NCBI GenBank assembly: GCA_951406725.2
Contig: OX597820.1
Location: 18,600,001-18,664,000 of the forward strand
Reading direction: 5' to 3'
Length of the DNA: 64,000 bases
Origin: Octopus vulgaris
Lineage: Eukaryota
Shown: piece by piece, positions 24,261 to 37,990 of the stretch
How the letters are laid out: each line of letters begins with the position of its first letter
Position numbering within the stretch: the stretch's first letter is position 1
Translations under genes and position numbers: made by a program
The notes under the pieces: generated by a model
What the model saw: only the letters and a program-made list of their open reading frames with translations
Database searches by the model: none
Told to the model about the DNA's origin: nothing

Positions 24261-25044
24261 GGGGGACAAACACAGACACACAAACATACACATACACATA
24301 TATATACATATACGATGGGTTTCTTTCAGTTTCACAAGGCTTTGGTCGGCCCGAGGCTATAGTAGAAGACAGTTGTCCAAGGTGCCACACAGTGGAACTG
24401 AACCCGGAACCATGTGGTTGGTAAGCAAGAACTATGATTTTGTTAGAACCCCTGGAGACTTGCATGAGTAGCAAGGTTTGCTAACTGCAATGTATGGCAC
24501 CATGCTATTTGATCTCTTTGGCAATCTAATATTTTCCCGATGATTCTGGCCATGTCAAAGAGGCAAACTTTTTGTAACAGTTTCTACCAGACTCTCTATT
24601 CCCTTATCCTTTATGAAGCCATGAGACTTTAATTATTGTCTTATTTTTCAAAGAATTAAATTCAGTGTATGAAATAGCTAAGTTACTAAAGACAAGAGGT
24701 TCCATTAACCAATTAAAAAAAATGTAATAGATTTGCTGGGAATTGCAGAATGCGAAGTTCAGAAGACGACATTTGTGTGAGACATGGCTTCTCACAGTTA
24801 TTTTGGTTAACTTCATTTTGAAGTACAAAGCAACAAAATGAAAGAAAGAGAAGAAGAAGAATGACTGAAATGAGAAATTAAATTCTTGTCATTTGAAATA
24901 TTTAACATGCACGAAAAGCAAACTAAAATTAATTTGAGAAAAAAAAATTAATTATTTCTTAAATGTTAACAATTGTTAACAATGATAAGAAAGAAATTAA
25001 CTAACAATGACAACAATAATGATAACAACAATAAAAATATTAGC

Positions 25045-25075
<31 letters not shown>

Positions 25076-25115
25076 GTAATAATGATAATGATAATAATGT
25101 AATAATTATAACTAT

Positions 25116-25149
<34 letters not shown>

Positions 25150-25565
25150 GTTTAACGTCCATTCTCCATGCTAGCATGGGTTGGACGGTTTGACCGGGAT
25201 CTGGGAAGCCAGAAGGCTGCACCAGGCTCCAGTCTGATCTGGCAGTGTTTCTACAGCTGGATGCCCTTCCTAATGCCAACCACTCCGTGAGTGTAGTGGG
25301 TGCTTTTTACGTGCCACCTGCACAGGTGCTAGGCGAAGCTGGCAACGACCACAATTGGATTGGTGCATTTTACGTGCCACCGGCACAGAAGCCAATCGAG
25401 GCGGCACTGGCATCAGCCACGATTCGGATGGTGCTTTTTACGTGCCACTGGCACAGAAGCCAGTCACGGCGGTGCTGGCATCGGCCATGATTCAGAGAGC
25501 GCTTTTTACGTCCCACCAGCACGGAAGCCAGTCTAGGCAGCGCTGGCATCGGCCACCTTCAGATC

Positions 25566-25599
<34 letters not shown>

Positions 25600-25959
25600 T
25601 TTCAACTTTTTAGCCACAAGGGCAGCAATTTTGGGGAAGGGGATGAGTCAATTACATTGACCCCAGTGTTTAAATGGTACTTATTTTATCGACCCTAAAA
25701 CGGTGAAAGGTGAAGTCGACCTTGGTGGAATTTGAACTCAGAATGACCGACAGGCAAAATACCGCTAAGCATTTCATACGGTGCACTAACGATTCGGCCA
25801 TCTCGCTGCCTTAATAATAATAAAGATGAAGATGATGATGATGATGATGATGAAATAAGAAAATTGGTGCAACAGTGAGTAACATTATGATTAAATTTAT
25901 TGTTGGTACTGATGCAGATATTATCATCATCATTGTCATTATGATGATGATTATTATTA

Positions 25960-26021
<62 letters not shown>

Positions 26022-26563
26022 GAGTGAGAGAGCAGTGCAAGCCATCAAAGTGACACTGGGGTAAAATATACGAAACCCAGTATACCCATCTGATAAGGGT
26101 ACACCAGGCACATGCATCACAACTACATATGCACAACATGGTGATCTCATATCAAGATAAACAGCACATGACCTTGCAGGTGGAGTCCAGTGAGAATTTT
26201 CTTCATGTCAAGTAGCCCATCCTGCTCAAAAGGTCCCTGAATAAGGTTTGTTTAGGGATGATGAATGAAACATCCATGTTTCCAAAGATGAATTATCTAA
26301 ACCCCACAGAATACCTCTCAACCCATGGCTATGATGCTCCCTGCTACTTCTGCTCATGATCAGAGATGCACACATCGTCAGTCAATAAGGGACATGGTCA
26401 ACTGGTTAAGGTCAAGCAACTGACAAGCAAATCTGTGGTACTGAGCAGAATATTTGCTGTAGCCCATCTTTTATACCAAGACAAAACAATATACATGATA
26501 ACACTTCCAATCAGTTAAGATCAGAAGCCATGAGAGCCACTGCCAGGTACTGTATCAAGGCAT
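26022..26563 (-). mobile_element. ~540-bp non-coding element inserted in (TTA)n, copy 2
   Basis: Same termini (GAGTGAGAGAGCAGTGCA ... TCA(G/A)GGCAT) as 11066-11621; (TTA)n on both sides. Confidence 0.85.
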
Positions 26564-26581
26564 TTAATATTATTATTATTA

Positions 26582-26633
<52 letters not shown>

Positions 26634-26855
26634 CATTATTTAAGGCAGTGAGCTGGTAGAATCGTTAGCATGCCAGGTGAAATGCTTAGCAATGTTTCAC
26701 CTACCACTATGTTTAGAGTTCAAATTCCACCAAGGTCAGCTTTGCCTTTCATCCTTTCGGGGTCGTTTAAATAAGCACCAGTTACCTTCTGGGGTCAATG
26801 TAATCGACTTAGTGCCCTCTCCTTAGCTGCTCTTTTGGCAAAAAAAAATTTGAAA

Positions 26856-26907
<52 letters not shown>

Positions 26908-26908
<1 letters not shown>

Positions 26909-28935
26909 TATGTTTGACTTTTGCTTTATGTTTGTACAAGTTGGCTCCAAGTCTCACCCAGAGACCTCAAGAGACAACAGGTTGGAAGTTCACATTGTTG
27001 TTATGCCTAGTGTGCCATATATTTGGGGGTTTTTTTGGTGTTGTACTAGTGAATGTCTAATAAATGAATTTTTAAAAAAAGTTTGTTTTAAACCTTGAGA
27101 TTACATAGAGAGTATTTTGCGTAGGATATGAGCAGTTCCCATGAGCACTATCTTTTGAATTTCTGCCATTTTGGGGTTTCCTGGTATATGAGTTAGGTAG
27201 CAATCAGCCCCTTTCGCTATCATTCCCAGGGCACCTATGACAACAGGTATTGTTTTAGTCTTCAGGTTCCACATTTTGCTGATTCTATTTCAAGATCTTT
27301 ATATTTGCTCAGTTTTTGGTAGGTCTTGACAGATACGTTTATATCGATTGGGACAGTCATATCAATGAGGAGGCATGTTCTTTGTCTGAAGTCTTTCAAT
27401 ATGATGTCTGGCCTGTTTGCATCTATCTTTCTGTCAGTTTGAATGGTGAAGTTCCAGAGGAGTGAGATGTGGTCATTTTCAAGCACTGGAGGTGGATTGT
27501 GTTCCCACCAGTTTTTTTCATGGGGCAAATCCAGGTTTTTGCAAATTACCCAGTGAATATATTGTGCAGCTCTATCATGCCTGTTGAGGTACTCTGTAGG
27601 CGCTAGAAGACTGCACTTGGAGACAACATGATCAATGGTTTCATTTTGTTGTCGACATACACGACATGTTGGGCTACTGCCGTTCTTTAATATGTTGGCC
27701 TGGTAGTTTCTTGTTGGTAGGCATTGATCTTGAGCTGCTATGATAAACCCTTCTGTTTCAGATTTTAAGCCAGAGGCCATTAGCCATTGATGGGTCAGGG
27801 CTTTGTCAATATCTGCATTATTCGCTCTCTTTGGGTATTTGCCATAAAGAGGTTGTTCTTGCCATTTATTATTCAGAATATCTAAGGCCGCAGTTTTGGC
27901 AATGGTTTTCATGCGCTTAGCTTTTTCTGTGCTTGTTTCTTGTATGACTATCTCTAATTCCGAAATTTGTTGTATTCGGAATTCACTTAGATATTCCTTT
28001 GCCTGTTTTGTTACTGAGTATGATGCTTTCTTGTTTTCATGTTTTGAGACAAGTTTTAACATCCAGTCCTCAGACTTTTTCAGGTAGGTGTCTAGGCCAA
28101 TTGTAGCAATCTTCATTGTTATTGCCAGTTGTAAAAGACCACGGCCTCCTCTTTTCTTGGCAGATAAAGTCGTTCTGTATCTGCCTTAGGGTGGTGCATT
28201 CTATGCATTGTCAACAGTTTTCGTATTTTTCTGTCAAGCTGACATATTTCAGTAATTGACCAGTTAATGATATTGAAACTGTAAGTCACGACTGGTATGG
28301 CTAATGCATTGATCGCTTCGATCCTGTTTCTTGCATTCAGCTCTGTCTTGAGTATTGCTCTCACTCTTCGATAACATTCTCTCCTGATCCTTTCCTTCAT
28401 CTCTGAATGCCTTATTCCGTCCCCTTCAATTACCCCTAGGTACTTGTAGCTCTCCGCTGGGTCTAGTTCTTTTATGACATTCTGCTGGTCAATGTTAACG
28501 TTAGATGTTTCTGTCATTTTTCCTTTGATAAAGGTAGCTTTTGCACATTTATCGAGGCCAAATTGCATTCTGATGTCGTCACTGAATTGTTTGACTATCG
28601 CTAGTAAGCCCTTGAGTTGTTGGTCATTTTTTGCAAAAAGCTTTAAATCATCCATGTAAATGAGATGATTTATATTTTTATCAGACATTTTATATCCGTA
28701 CTGCGCGTCATTGAGCAGTTTTGAGAGAGGTATTAAGGCTAAACAAAAGAGGAGTGGTGACAGTGAGTCACTCTGGAAAATTCCACATGAAATTTTTACA
28801 TCACCAGCATTTAGGGATTCATTGTCACTGTTCAAAGTTAGTGTGGTTCTCCATGATCTCATACTTACAGTCAAAAAGTTTTGCAGAGTAGGTGCTATCT
28901 CATACATTTCCAGGCATTTCTTAATCCAGCTATGG
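26908..28935 (-). mobile_element. 5'-truncated R4/Dong-clade non-LTR retrotransposon (RT, CCHC finger, restriction-like endonuclease) in (TTA)n
   Basis: RT motifs GIFQSDSLSPLLF, HLIYMDDLKLF, YKYLG; CRVC..ETIDHVVSKC; RHD; NRPDI..LIDMTVP..KLSKYKDL; frameshifts near 28120 and 27280; true stop about 27101; (TTA)n immediately on both sides. Confidence 0.95.
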
Positions 28936-29009
<74 letters not shown>

Positions 29010-29262
29010 CATCATCATTATTATCATTATTATTATCATTATTTTACTTCTCACTTCTCAGGGTTCTCTTGGTCTTACTTTCTCTGGTTGATTCTCTGAG
29101 AGCAGAGAGCAACCTGTTGGTTAACTTCATTCCACAATTATAAAACTTTGGTACTAGGATGTTAACTTATCGTGGAAGACACTCAACACCCATGTACCAA
29201 TTGCAAAACCCCAGCTATCCCTACCCAAGTATCGATTTCAAAATCATTGCTTATTATTATTA

Positions 29263-29336
<74 letters not shown>

Positions 29337-29339
<3 letters not shown>

Positions 29340-29717
29340 TAGTTTTATTTTTATAGCGTGCTTTCACTTCACTACCAAGCGCAGCTCTGTGTGCCTTGGG
29401 TATGTGCTGTGATTTGTTGTGATGCTCTGATGGTTATTGTATGGAAAGTGCTCTGCGTAGGATGTGTGCAGTGCCTAGTAGTGCAATTTTCTGTATGTTA
29501 TATGTGTTTGTAAGTCCTGGTGTTTTTGCTATGTATTTGTCTGAATATTTTTTTATCATGCCTAATGCACCTACTATGATAGGAATTGTTTCTGTTTTTA
29601 GATTCCACATTCTGGTTACCTCTATTTCCAGGTCTTTGTATTTTGAGAGTTTCTCCATTTCTTTTAGAGACACGTTGTCATCAGCCGGTATTGATACATC
29701 AATTAGAAAACATTTTT
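29337..29717 (-). mobile_element. Second R4/Dong subfamily, 3' fragment in (TTA)n
   Basis: KLSKYKDLEIEVTRMWNLKTETIPIIVGALG...IQKIALLGTAHILRRALSIQ*; 3' UTR differs from the 26908 copy; (TTA)n flanks. Confidence 0.9.
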
Positions 29718-29740
29718 AGAAAGCATATTATTATTATTAA

Positions 29741-29785
<45 letters not shown>

Positions 29786-29806
29786 TCGTTTATTCATCGT
29801 TTATTC

Positions 29807-30175
29807 ATCATGCTTCACCACCTCGTCCCGGGTCTTCCTGGGTCAAAATCTTCCACAGGTTCCCTCAACCGCTAGGGTGTGACACTTTTTCACACAGCTA
29901 TCCTCGTTCATTCTTGCCACATGACCATACCAGCACAGTCATCTGTTTTGCACACCACACCTGATGCTTCTTAGGTCCAACTTTTCTTCAAGGCACTAAC
30001 ACTCTGTCGAGTATGCACACTGACATTACACATCCATCGGAGCATACTGAATTCACTCCTTACGACCTTACGCATGTCCTCTGCAGTCACAGCCCATGTT
30101 TCACCGCCATGTAGCATGGCTGTTCATACACACGCTTCATACAGTCTACCTTTTACTCTGAGCAAGAGGCCCTTT
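29807..30175 (-). mobile_element. RTE-clade LINE ORF C-terminal fragment
   Basis: KGRLYEACV*TAMLHGGETWAV...MLRWMCNVS...WYGHVARMNEDSCVKKC...PRKT; homologous to 45414-45720. Confidence 0.85.
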
Positions 30176-30242
30176 ATCATTATTATTATTATTATCATCC
30201 TCATCATCATTATTATGATTATTATTATTATTATTACTATTA

Positions 30243-30276
<34 letters not shown>

Positions 30277-30289
30277 CATCATTATTATG

Positions 30290-30324
<35 letters not shown>

Positions 30325-30364
30325 CATTATTATTTTTATTATCATCCTCATCATCATTATTATG

Positions 30365-30396
<32 letters not shown>

Positions 30397-30458
30397 CATT
30401 ATTATTATTATTATCATCCTCATCATCATTATTATGATTATTATTATTATTATTATTA

Positions 30459-30519
<61 letters not shown>

Positions 30520-30526
30520 TATTATT
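30176..30526. repeat. Long compound (TTA)n/(TCA)n microsatellite with higher-order periodicity
   Basis: ATCATCCTCATCATCATTATTATGATT motif appears three times within the tract. Confidence 0.9.
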
Positions 30527-30902
30527 GGTGCTGCTGTTTTTATTGTTATTGTAAATGACATTGATAAAATTTGAAAAGTATGAATACGTTCAAGATAATG
30601 CCAAAAAAAAATTTTCAAGAACATTATCATAATTAGAAGACACCATAGACAAACAAACAAAGAAAAAAACTGCCGCCATCCTAATGTTTAGACACATCAG
30701 CTGTTGTAATGATTCAATTAATGGAAGAAGTGACCAAAAAACAAAAAGGAAAGAAATAAAGAAAGAGGTGGAGGGAGATGGGTTAGGAGGAGTGGGGATA
30801 ATGAAGACGAAGATTGCATCCAAAAAAGTACCAAGATATCTGAGGTAAAAATGCATGAATCATCCGTAGCATCTTCATCAACGGAACTGGTGCTGCGCTC
30901 AC

Positions 30903-30963
30903 CTTTACAAATATCTAAGGAAAACTGTAGCAGCCTCTCCATAATGAGACCATCATAAGACAA
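30903..30963 (-). CDS. Candidate isolated exon resembling tyrosine-kinase subdomain VIa
   Basis: ag|LSYDGLIMERLLQFSLDICKG|GTGAGC; resembles the LL.F..DICKG(MEYL) helix, good donor, weak acceptor; no HRDLAARN exon found in the window. Confidence 0.25.
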
Positions 30964-31739
30964 CTACTTCCAATTGCCATCGCCACCACAGCCACCACCA
31001 GCACTACTGCCACCATCACAACCATCATCACCACCACTACCACCAGCACCAACATCATTATTACCGCTAACACCACTGCCACTACCATCACTGCCACTAA
31101 CAACCACTGCAACCATCACCACCAGAACATAACGACAGATGAAATACCGCTAAGAATTTCACCTGGCGTGCTAACGTTTCTACCAGCTCACCACCTTCAT
31201 AGTACTAGTACTTATTCTAGAACTATGAAGTACTAGTACTTATTCTATCGTACTCTTTTGCCGAACCACTAGGTTATGTGGACGTAAACACACCAACATC
31301 AGTTGTCAAGCAATGTTGGAGGGACAAACACAGACACACATACATTTACACACACATACATACATATATATACATATACATATATACAACAGGCTTCTTT
31401 CAGTTTCCATCTACCAAATCCACTCACGAGGCTTTGGTCAACCTGAGGTTATAGTAGAAGACACTTGCCCAAGGTGCCACACAGTGGGACTGAGCCCGGA
31501 ACCATGTAGTTCTTAAGCAAGCTACTTACCACACAGCCTCTCCTACGCCTATTGTCCGATTTTTCAAAAATATTTTTTTCAAATTCCATTTAAAATGTCA
31601 TTTTTGTAGTGTTTTAGACAAAATTTTACATGCTTAATAAGTGATGCGTACTCTTTAATAAACCTTTATTGACTTCTTTCAGAAATTATTTTTGATGCAT
31701 AGAAATCCTCAATTTCAAACATGTAGTAAAAAAAAATGT

Positions 31740-32335
31740 GTCTACTTTTTTTTGCATGAATTCAAACTTGGACATAATGCTTTCCAAACGGCCAGCAATA
31801 ACAACAGATCATGGGAGTGAAGAGTCCACTAGTGACTGGGTGGTAAAATGGTGGTTTGAGAGATTCCGTAGTGAGGATGAGAGCCTTGAAGATCAAGAAG
31901 ATGGAGGACGTTCATCCACCCATGATGATCAGCATTTGAAAACAATATGGCTTTCTGGAACCTAATCATTACGTCGGAAGTTTACTGTAAGCAACTGGAA
32001 GAAATGCATGTTCCCTTGAGTAAAATGGGACCTGTACTTGTTGAATGATGCGGTCCAATTCTGCTCCACAACATGTGACTGCATGTTTCCAGGATGACAC
32101 TGCAGAAGCTCGCAGACTTTACCACATCCTCCATATTCTCTTGATTTTTCATCCACTGACTACCACATTTTCAAGAATACAGACACCTTCTTAACCTCCC
32201 ATCCCAAAACCAAGGCCGAAAATGAATTCAAGGATTTCTTGGCATCAAAACCTTTGGAATTTTATCAGAGAGGCATAAATGACCTTGTTGATCGATGGGA
32301 GAAATGCATAGCTGTTTAGGGATCATATTTTGAAT
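31740..32335 (+). pseudogene. Internally deleted mariner (SETMAR/Hsmar-like) transposase
   Basis: HEFKLGHNAS, WWFERFRSEDESLEDQEDGGRS, YCKQLEEM, GPILLHN, LPHPPYSLDFSSTDYHIFK, FYQRGINDLVDRWEKCI. Confidence 0.85.
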
Positions 32336-32521
32336 ACTTAAATCTTTGTATCAGTTCATTTTTTCAAGAATTATTCTCCAAACAGCCAAATACTTCTAGG
32401 TATCAATACGCTATAAAGTTAAACCCTTTATGGACGGGAAACCCGGAGTAACCCCAAAATATAGGCTGCTCTACTTTTTAGAGTGTGCTTTGCTTCTTTT
32501 CTGGATTTATGTTTTTCTAAA

Positions 32522-32569
<48 letters not shown>

Positions 32570-32706
32570 TCGGAGTGGTTGGCGTTAGAAGGCATCCAGC
32601 TGTAGAAACACTGCCAGATCTGACTGGGCCTGCGAAGCCTTCATCACGGACCCCAGTTGACCGTCCAACCCATGCTAGCATGGAAAGCGAACGCTAAATG
32701 ATGATG

Positions 32707-32737
<31 letters not shown>

Positions 32738-32775
32738 TATATATAAGAAAACAAAGTGTACGTATGCCACTATAT

Positions 32776-32837
<62 letters not shown>

Positions 32838-33698
32838 CAAAATGGGACAAGAATGCAAAACATCCAGATAGATAATACAAAGAAAACAAGGACTGGTCAT
32901 TCACAGTTTTCTTTCTTCAGTCAAGCACCAGATCATCCTTGCAATTTCGGCTGATTTTTCTTGAGATTGCTCCAATCTGGCCAATCCCAAGGAAAAACTA
33001 AGCTAAGAGCTTTAAATTCCTTGGAAGAAAACAGCGAATGTATACAAAAACAAGGACAGAAAAAAACGGACTATATTAAAAGACGCTTGCCGAAAATGCC
33101 ACACAAGGGAACTGAACCAAAAAACCAGAGGATTGGAAAGCAAGCTTCTTAACCATGTGCTTATTGCCTATATCTTCTATCTCATTTCCAAATCTGAATC
33201 ATTCCTTCTCAATGCAGGCATCTTTGCTACACCAGTAAGTTTACTCCAAGTTCTTCTGGAATGATCTCTTAAGGTACTACTTTTCCTGTCAGTTATTCCA
33301 TAAGTTATTTGTCATTATGAAGGAAGAGAGAACAGAATATTGGATAATGTGCTGTTCCGATCACTGAGCCTACCCAAAGCAACAGTTTGCCATTCTTTTT
33401 TTCTCTTATCTTTATTTATAAAATTCTTACATAAAACAAAAAAAAAACAAAAGAAATCTTGATTCCAGACGTGAGGTTGCTTCTGCTGCTGCTGCTGCTG
33501 TTTCTGCTGCTACTACTGCTGCTACTGCTGCTGCTGCAGTTGCTGCTGGTAACAATGACAAAGATGATGATGATGATGATGGTGTTGTTGATGATGATGA
33601 TGACGACGATGATGTTGATGACGATGATGGTGAGGATGATGATGAGGATGATAATGATGAAGTGATGGTGATAACGATGATGATGGTGGTGGTGGTGT

Positions 33699-33733
<35 letters not shown>

Positions 33734-34618
33734 GTGGTGATAATGATAATGATGATAACATTGCTCTAGAGGAGTTGATGGTAGTGGTGGTGACAATGGT
33801 GGTGATGATGGTGGTAGTGGTGGTGGTGGTTGCCGTCATAGAGTTTGTGCATTTTGTTGTTGTTAGTGGGGCTAGTGCTGATTGTTGTTGTTATTGGTGG
33901 TGAATGGTAATATTGCTGTTGTTGTTGTTGTAACTAATAACGTTGGTGGTAGTTGTGGTGGTGGTGATGGCGGTGATCATCATCATCACCATGGTGACAA
34001 CGATGGTGGTGGCAGTCACTGTTGTTGTTGTTGTTGTTGTTGTCATCGTCATCGGTGGTGGTCATAGTTGTGTTGATGGTGGTGGTGGTAGTTTTGGTGG
34101 TGGTGGTGGTGGTGGTTGTAATGGTGGTGAAAATAAATTTAAGTCCATACCCAAGATGTGAATTATGGGCACTAAATGTGCTACACAATATTCTTTCTCA
34201 CACAACACATGATTCTTGAATTCCAACAATATTAAATGCCTATAGAATATACTTTTGTGTGTGTGTGTGTGTGTCAATGTATCCATGTGATGCCATGCAA
34301 CTTTTGGTCGCATACGTTACAGGAAAGAAGTGTTCATCTGTTCTCTTGTTGTGTGTGTACGTGTGTCGCTATTACATATTTATAAGGAATATATTGAATA
34401 TATTTTCAATCATGCACAAAGAAATAGATACACCTCATTTCACCTTACATTGTCTTCGTTCTTAGACTTCCTTCCTACTAAACAAGAGACCAAAAAACAA
34501 AAATACTATTCAAAACAGCACACAGCACACTTTACATTAATACAGCCTCCTAACACTCATACAATCACTAGACCTATACAACAAAATGCAACAAAATATG
34601 TATATGTGCATACATATA

Positions 34619-34664
<46 letters not shown>

Positions 34665-34670
<6 letters not shown>

Positions 34671-34855
34671 TAGTGGCTGTGTGCAGGCGCATAGTGGCTG
34701 TGTGGTAAGTAGCTTGCTAACCAACCACATGGTTCCGGGTTCAGTCCCACTGCATGGCATCTTGGGCAAGTGTCTTCTGCTATAGCCCCGGGCCGACCAA
34801 TGCCTTGTGAGTGGATTTGATAGACGGAAACTGAAAGAAGCCTGTTGTATATATG

Positions 34856-34886
<31 letters not shown>

Positions 34887-35092
34887 TTGTGTGTCTGTGT
34901 TTATCCCCCTAGCATTGCTTGACAACCAATGTTTACGTCCCCGTCACTTAGCGGTTCGGCAAAAGAGACCGATAGAATAAGTACTGGGCTTACTAACAAT
35001 TAGTCCCGGGGTTGATTTGCTTGACTAAAAGGCGGTGCTCCAGCATGGTCGCAGTCAAATGACTGAAACAAGTAAAAGAGTAAAAAGAGAGT
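34665..35092 (+). mobile_element. SINE family A, full-length copy with a duplicated head fragment
   Basis: Family consensus head, core and GTAAAAGA tail; TAGTGGCTGTGTG occurs twice at the 5' end. Confidence 0.9.
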
Positions 35093-35146
35093 AATGTGTG
35101 TGTGTGTGTGTGTGTGTGTGTTTGTGTGTGTGTATGTATGCATGTA

Positions 35147-35177
<31 letters not shown>

Positions 35178-35217
35178 TCATATATATGTGCACATACATA
35201 CATATCTATATATATCA

Positions 35218-35483
35218 TCGTAGCACTCCAACGGTTATGACAACAAGGGTTCCAGAAGGTCCAATCAATGGAATAGCCTGTTCATGAAATTAACGTGCAA
35301 GTGGCTGAGCACTCCACAGACACATGTACCTTTAACGTAGTTCACCACCACCCACAGTCAGAGCCTTGTGGAGCTTTAGGTGTTTTCGCTCAATAAACAC
35401 TCACAAAGCCAGGTCTGGGAATCAAAACCATGATCCTATGACTGGGAGTCTGCTGCCTTAACCACTGGATCATTGTGCCTCCA
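35218..35483 (-). mobile_element. Chimeric or deleted SINE (family C-like head plus a different 3' domain)
   Basis: Head TGGAGGCACAATGATCCAGTGGTTAAGG joined to GAACTACGTTAAAGGTAC...AGCCACTTGCACGTTAATTTC. Confidence 0.55.
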
Positions 35484-35564
35484 AATCTATATATATATAC
35501 ATAAATGTATACATACATATATGTGTGTGTATGTGTGTGTGCATATATATGTGTGTATATATAC

Positions 35565-35602
<38 letters not shown>

Positions 35603-36261
35603 ATGTATATGTATATATATATACATATGTGTATAAATATGTGTGTGTATGTATATGTATATATATTATGTATGTATGCATGTATATGTATATATAAATT
35701 TATATACATATATATATATATATATATTCTTCTGAGTATTTCATCATGTTGAACGATTAATCCCTCAAAAGAATTTTTTCTCTTTCCATTCTCTTTCGTT
35801 GTCTCTCCGTTTTTCCTTCTTATCCCTTTCTGTCAAAGAGCAGAGGCTCAAAATGTAAAAAACTTTTCCTTTCTTCCTGAGCATTAAAACTCATACAGCT
35901 GCTTCACCTGTCTTCGCATTTTGTTTTCTCTAAAGTTGAATTATATATATATATATAATATTATCATCATCATCATCATCATGGTTTAACGTCTGTTTTC
36001 CATGCTGGCATGAGTTAGAGAGTTTGACTGAGGACTGGAGAGCCAGTGGATGCACCAGGCTCCAGTCTGATGTGGCAATGTTTCTACAGCTGGATGCCTT
36101 TCCTAATGCCAACTACTCCAAGAGTGTAGTGGGTGCTTTTTATGTGCCACCAGCACAGGACCCAGTCAGGTAGTTCTGGCATCGATCATGTTCAGATAGT
36201 GCCTTATATGTGCCAACTCAATACGCATATATACATATATATAAATATACACACACAGCCT

Positions 36262-36293
<32 letters not shown>

Positions 36294-37664
36294 ATAAAAA
36301 GAGAGAGGTGGTGCTCTTACCATCTCTAGAGGAACCAACAGGTTCCTCTAGAGATGGTTCCTTAATAGACTTAGAAACGACCAGACTAGTGCCTTAGGTT
36401 CCACGAGACTCAAAATAAATATTAAGACCAACCTCACCAACATAAACTTCCCAGATGTCATGCTAGACTTGGGCCCCGGTTCATACAGGCCCTACTATGA
36501 AGACAGCCATCCTTTTCACTCACCATCAAGACTTGCGTGGGAAGAATATTCATCAGGGTAGTAGACAAGCACTTCACACAGACACACAGGTATGGTCATT
36601 TTGTTCAATATGCACAATCTAAGGGTCTCCTTTGATTGCATACCCGAGATAAAATGTATATAGGTGCAGGAGTGGCTGTGTGGTAAGTAGCTTGCCTACC
36701 AACCACATGGTTCCGGGTTCAGTCCCACTGCGTGGCATCTTGGGCAAGTGTCTTCTGCTATAGCCTTGGGCTGGCCAAAGCCTTGTGAGTAGATTTGGTA
36801 GACGGAAACTGAAAGAAGCCTGTCATATATATATGCGTAGGAGTGGCTGTGTGGTAAGTAGCTTGCTTACGAACCACATGGTTTCAGGTTCAGTCCCACT
36901 GCATGGCACCTTGGGCAAGTGTCTCCTACTATAGCATCGGGCCGTCCAAAGCCTTGTGAGTGGATTTGGTAGACGGAAACTGAAAGAAGCCTGTTGTATA
37001 TATGTATATATATATATGTATGTGTGTGTATATGTTTGTGTGTCTGTGTTTGTCTCCCTAGCATTGCTTGACAACCGATGCTGGTGTGTTTACGTCCCCG
37101 TCACTTAGTGGTTCGGCAAAAGAGACCGATAGAATAAGTACTAGGCTTACAAAGAATAAGTCCTGGGGTCGATTTGCTCGACTAAAGGCGGTGCTCCAGC
37201 ATGGCTGCAGTCAAATGACTGAAAACAATAAAAAAAGAGTATTAGCAAACAACCATAAAATACAGGATGAAGCAGGTTGCTCATGCAGGGAGTACAATGA
37301 CTGCCCAGTGGTGGTGGTAGTGGGGGGAGGGGGCTGTGTGAGGCTGAGGGAGTCGTATATGAGGATGTGGTGGTATCTAGCTCTAGCAACCAGAGTGATA
37401 GCAGCAGTGGCTCATCCAGCAATATCGATGACAACAATGGCAACAGCAGAGGTGATGCATTAAGTGGCAGAAACAACAGCACCAACAGAAATGACCACAG
37501 CACCAATGCCAGTGGCATGCAGCACCAGCACCAGCAGCACCAGTGAAGCTACCAATCCCACACCCAATATTAGCAGTGATGGCAGCCACAACCCCATCAG
37601 CAACAGCAGTGGCGGTGGCAGTGGCAGCAGCTCAAGGACAGCAGCAGCTCAGTGACAGCAGCAG

Positions 37665-37990
37665 CAGAGGCGCAATGGCCCAGTGGTTAGGGCAATGGAC
37701 TCACAGTCAGAGGATCGCGGTTTCGATTCCCAGACCGGGCGTTGTGTGTGTTTATTGAGCAAAAACATCTAAAGCTCCATGAGGCTCTGGCAGGGGTAGT
37801 GGCGACCCCTGTTGCACTCTTTCGCCCCAACTTTCTCTCACTCTTTCTTCCTGTTTCTTGTCCCCGACTTCCTACGCAACCTCTGAGTCTGGATGCACAT
37901 TCATCCATCCGCCGATGGATGACCTGCTTTCTCTTCTGCGGGTCTTATGAATAGTAAAGGACCACGTTTCGAACTTCTCCCAAGAGGACG
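37665..37990 (+). mobile_element. tRNA-derived SINE (family C related) inserted in a (CAG/CAA)n tract
   Basis: GAGGCGCAATGGCCCAGTGGTTAGGG...GGTTTCGATTCCCAGACCGGGC; 5' half homologous to 1350-1543. Confidence 0.8.
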
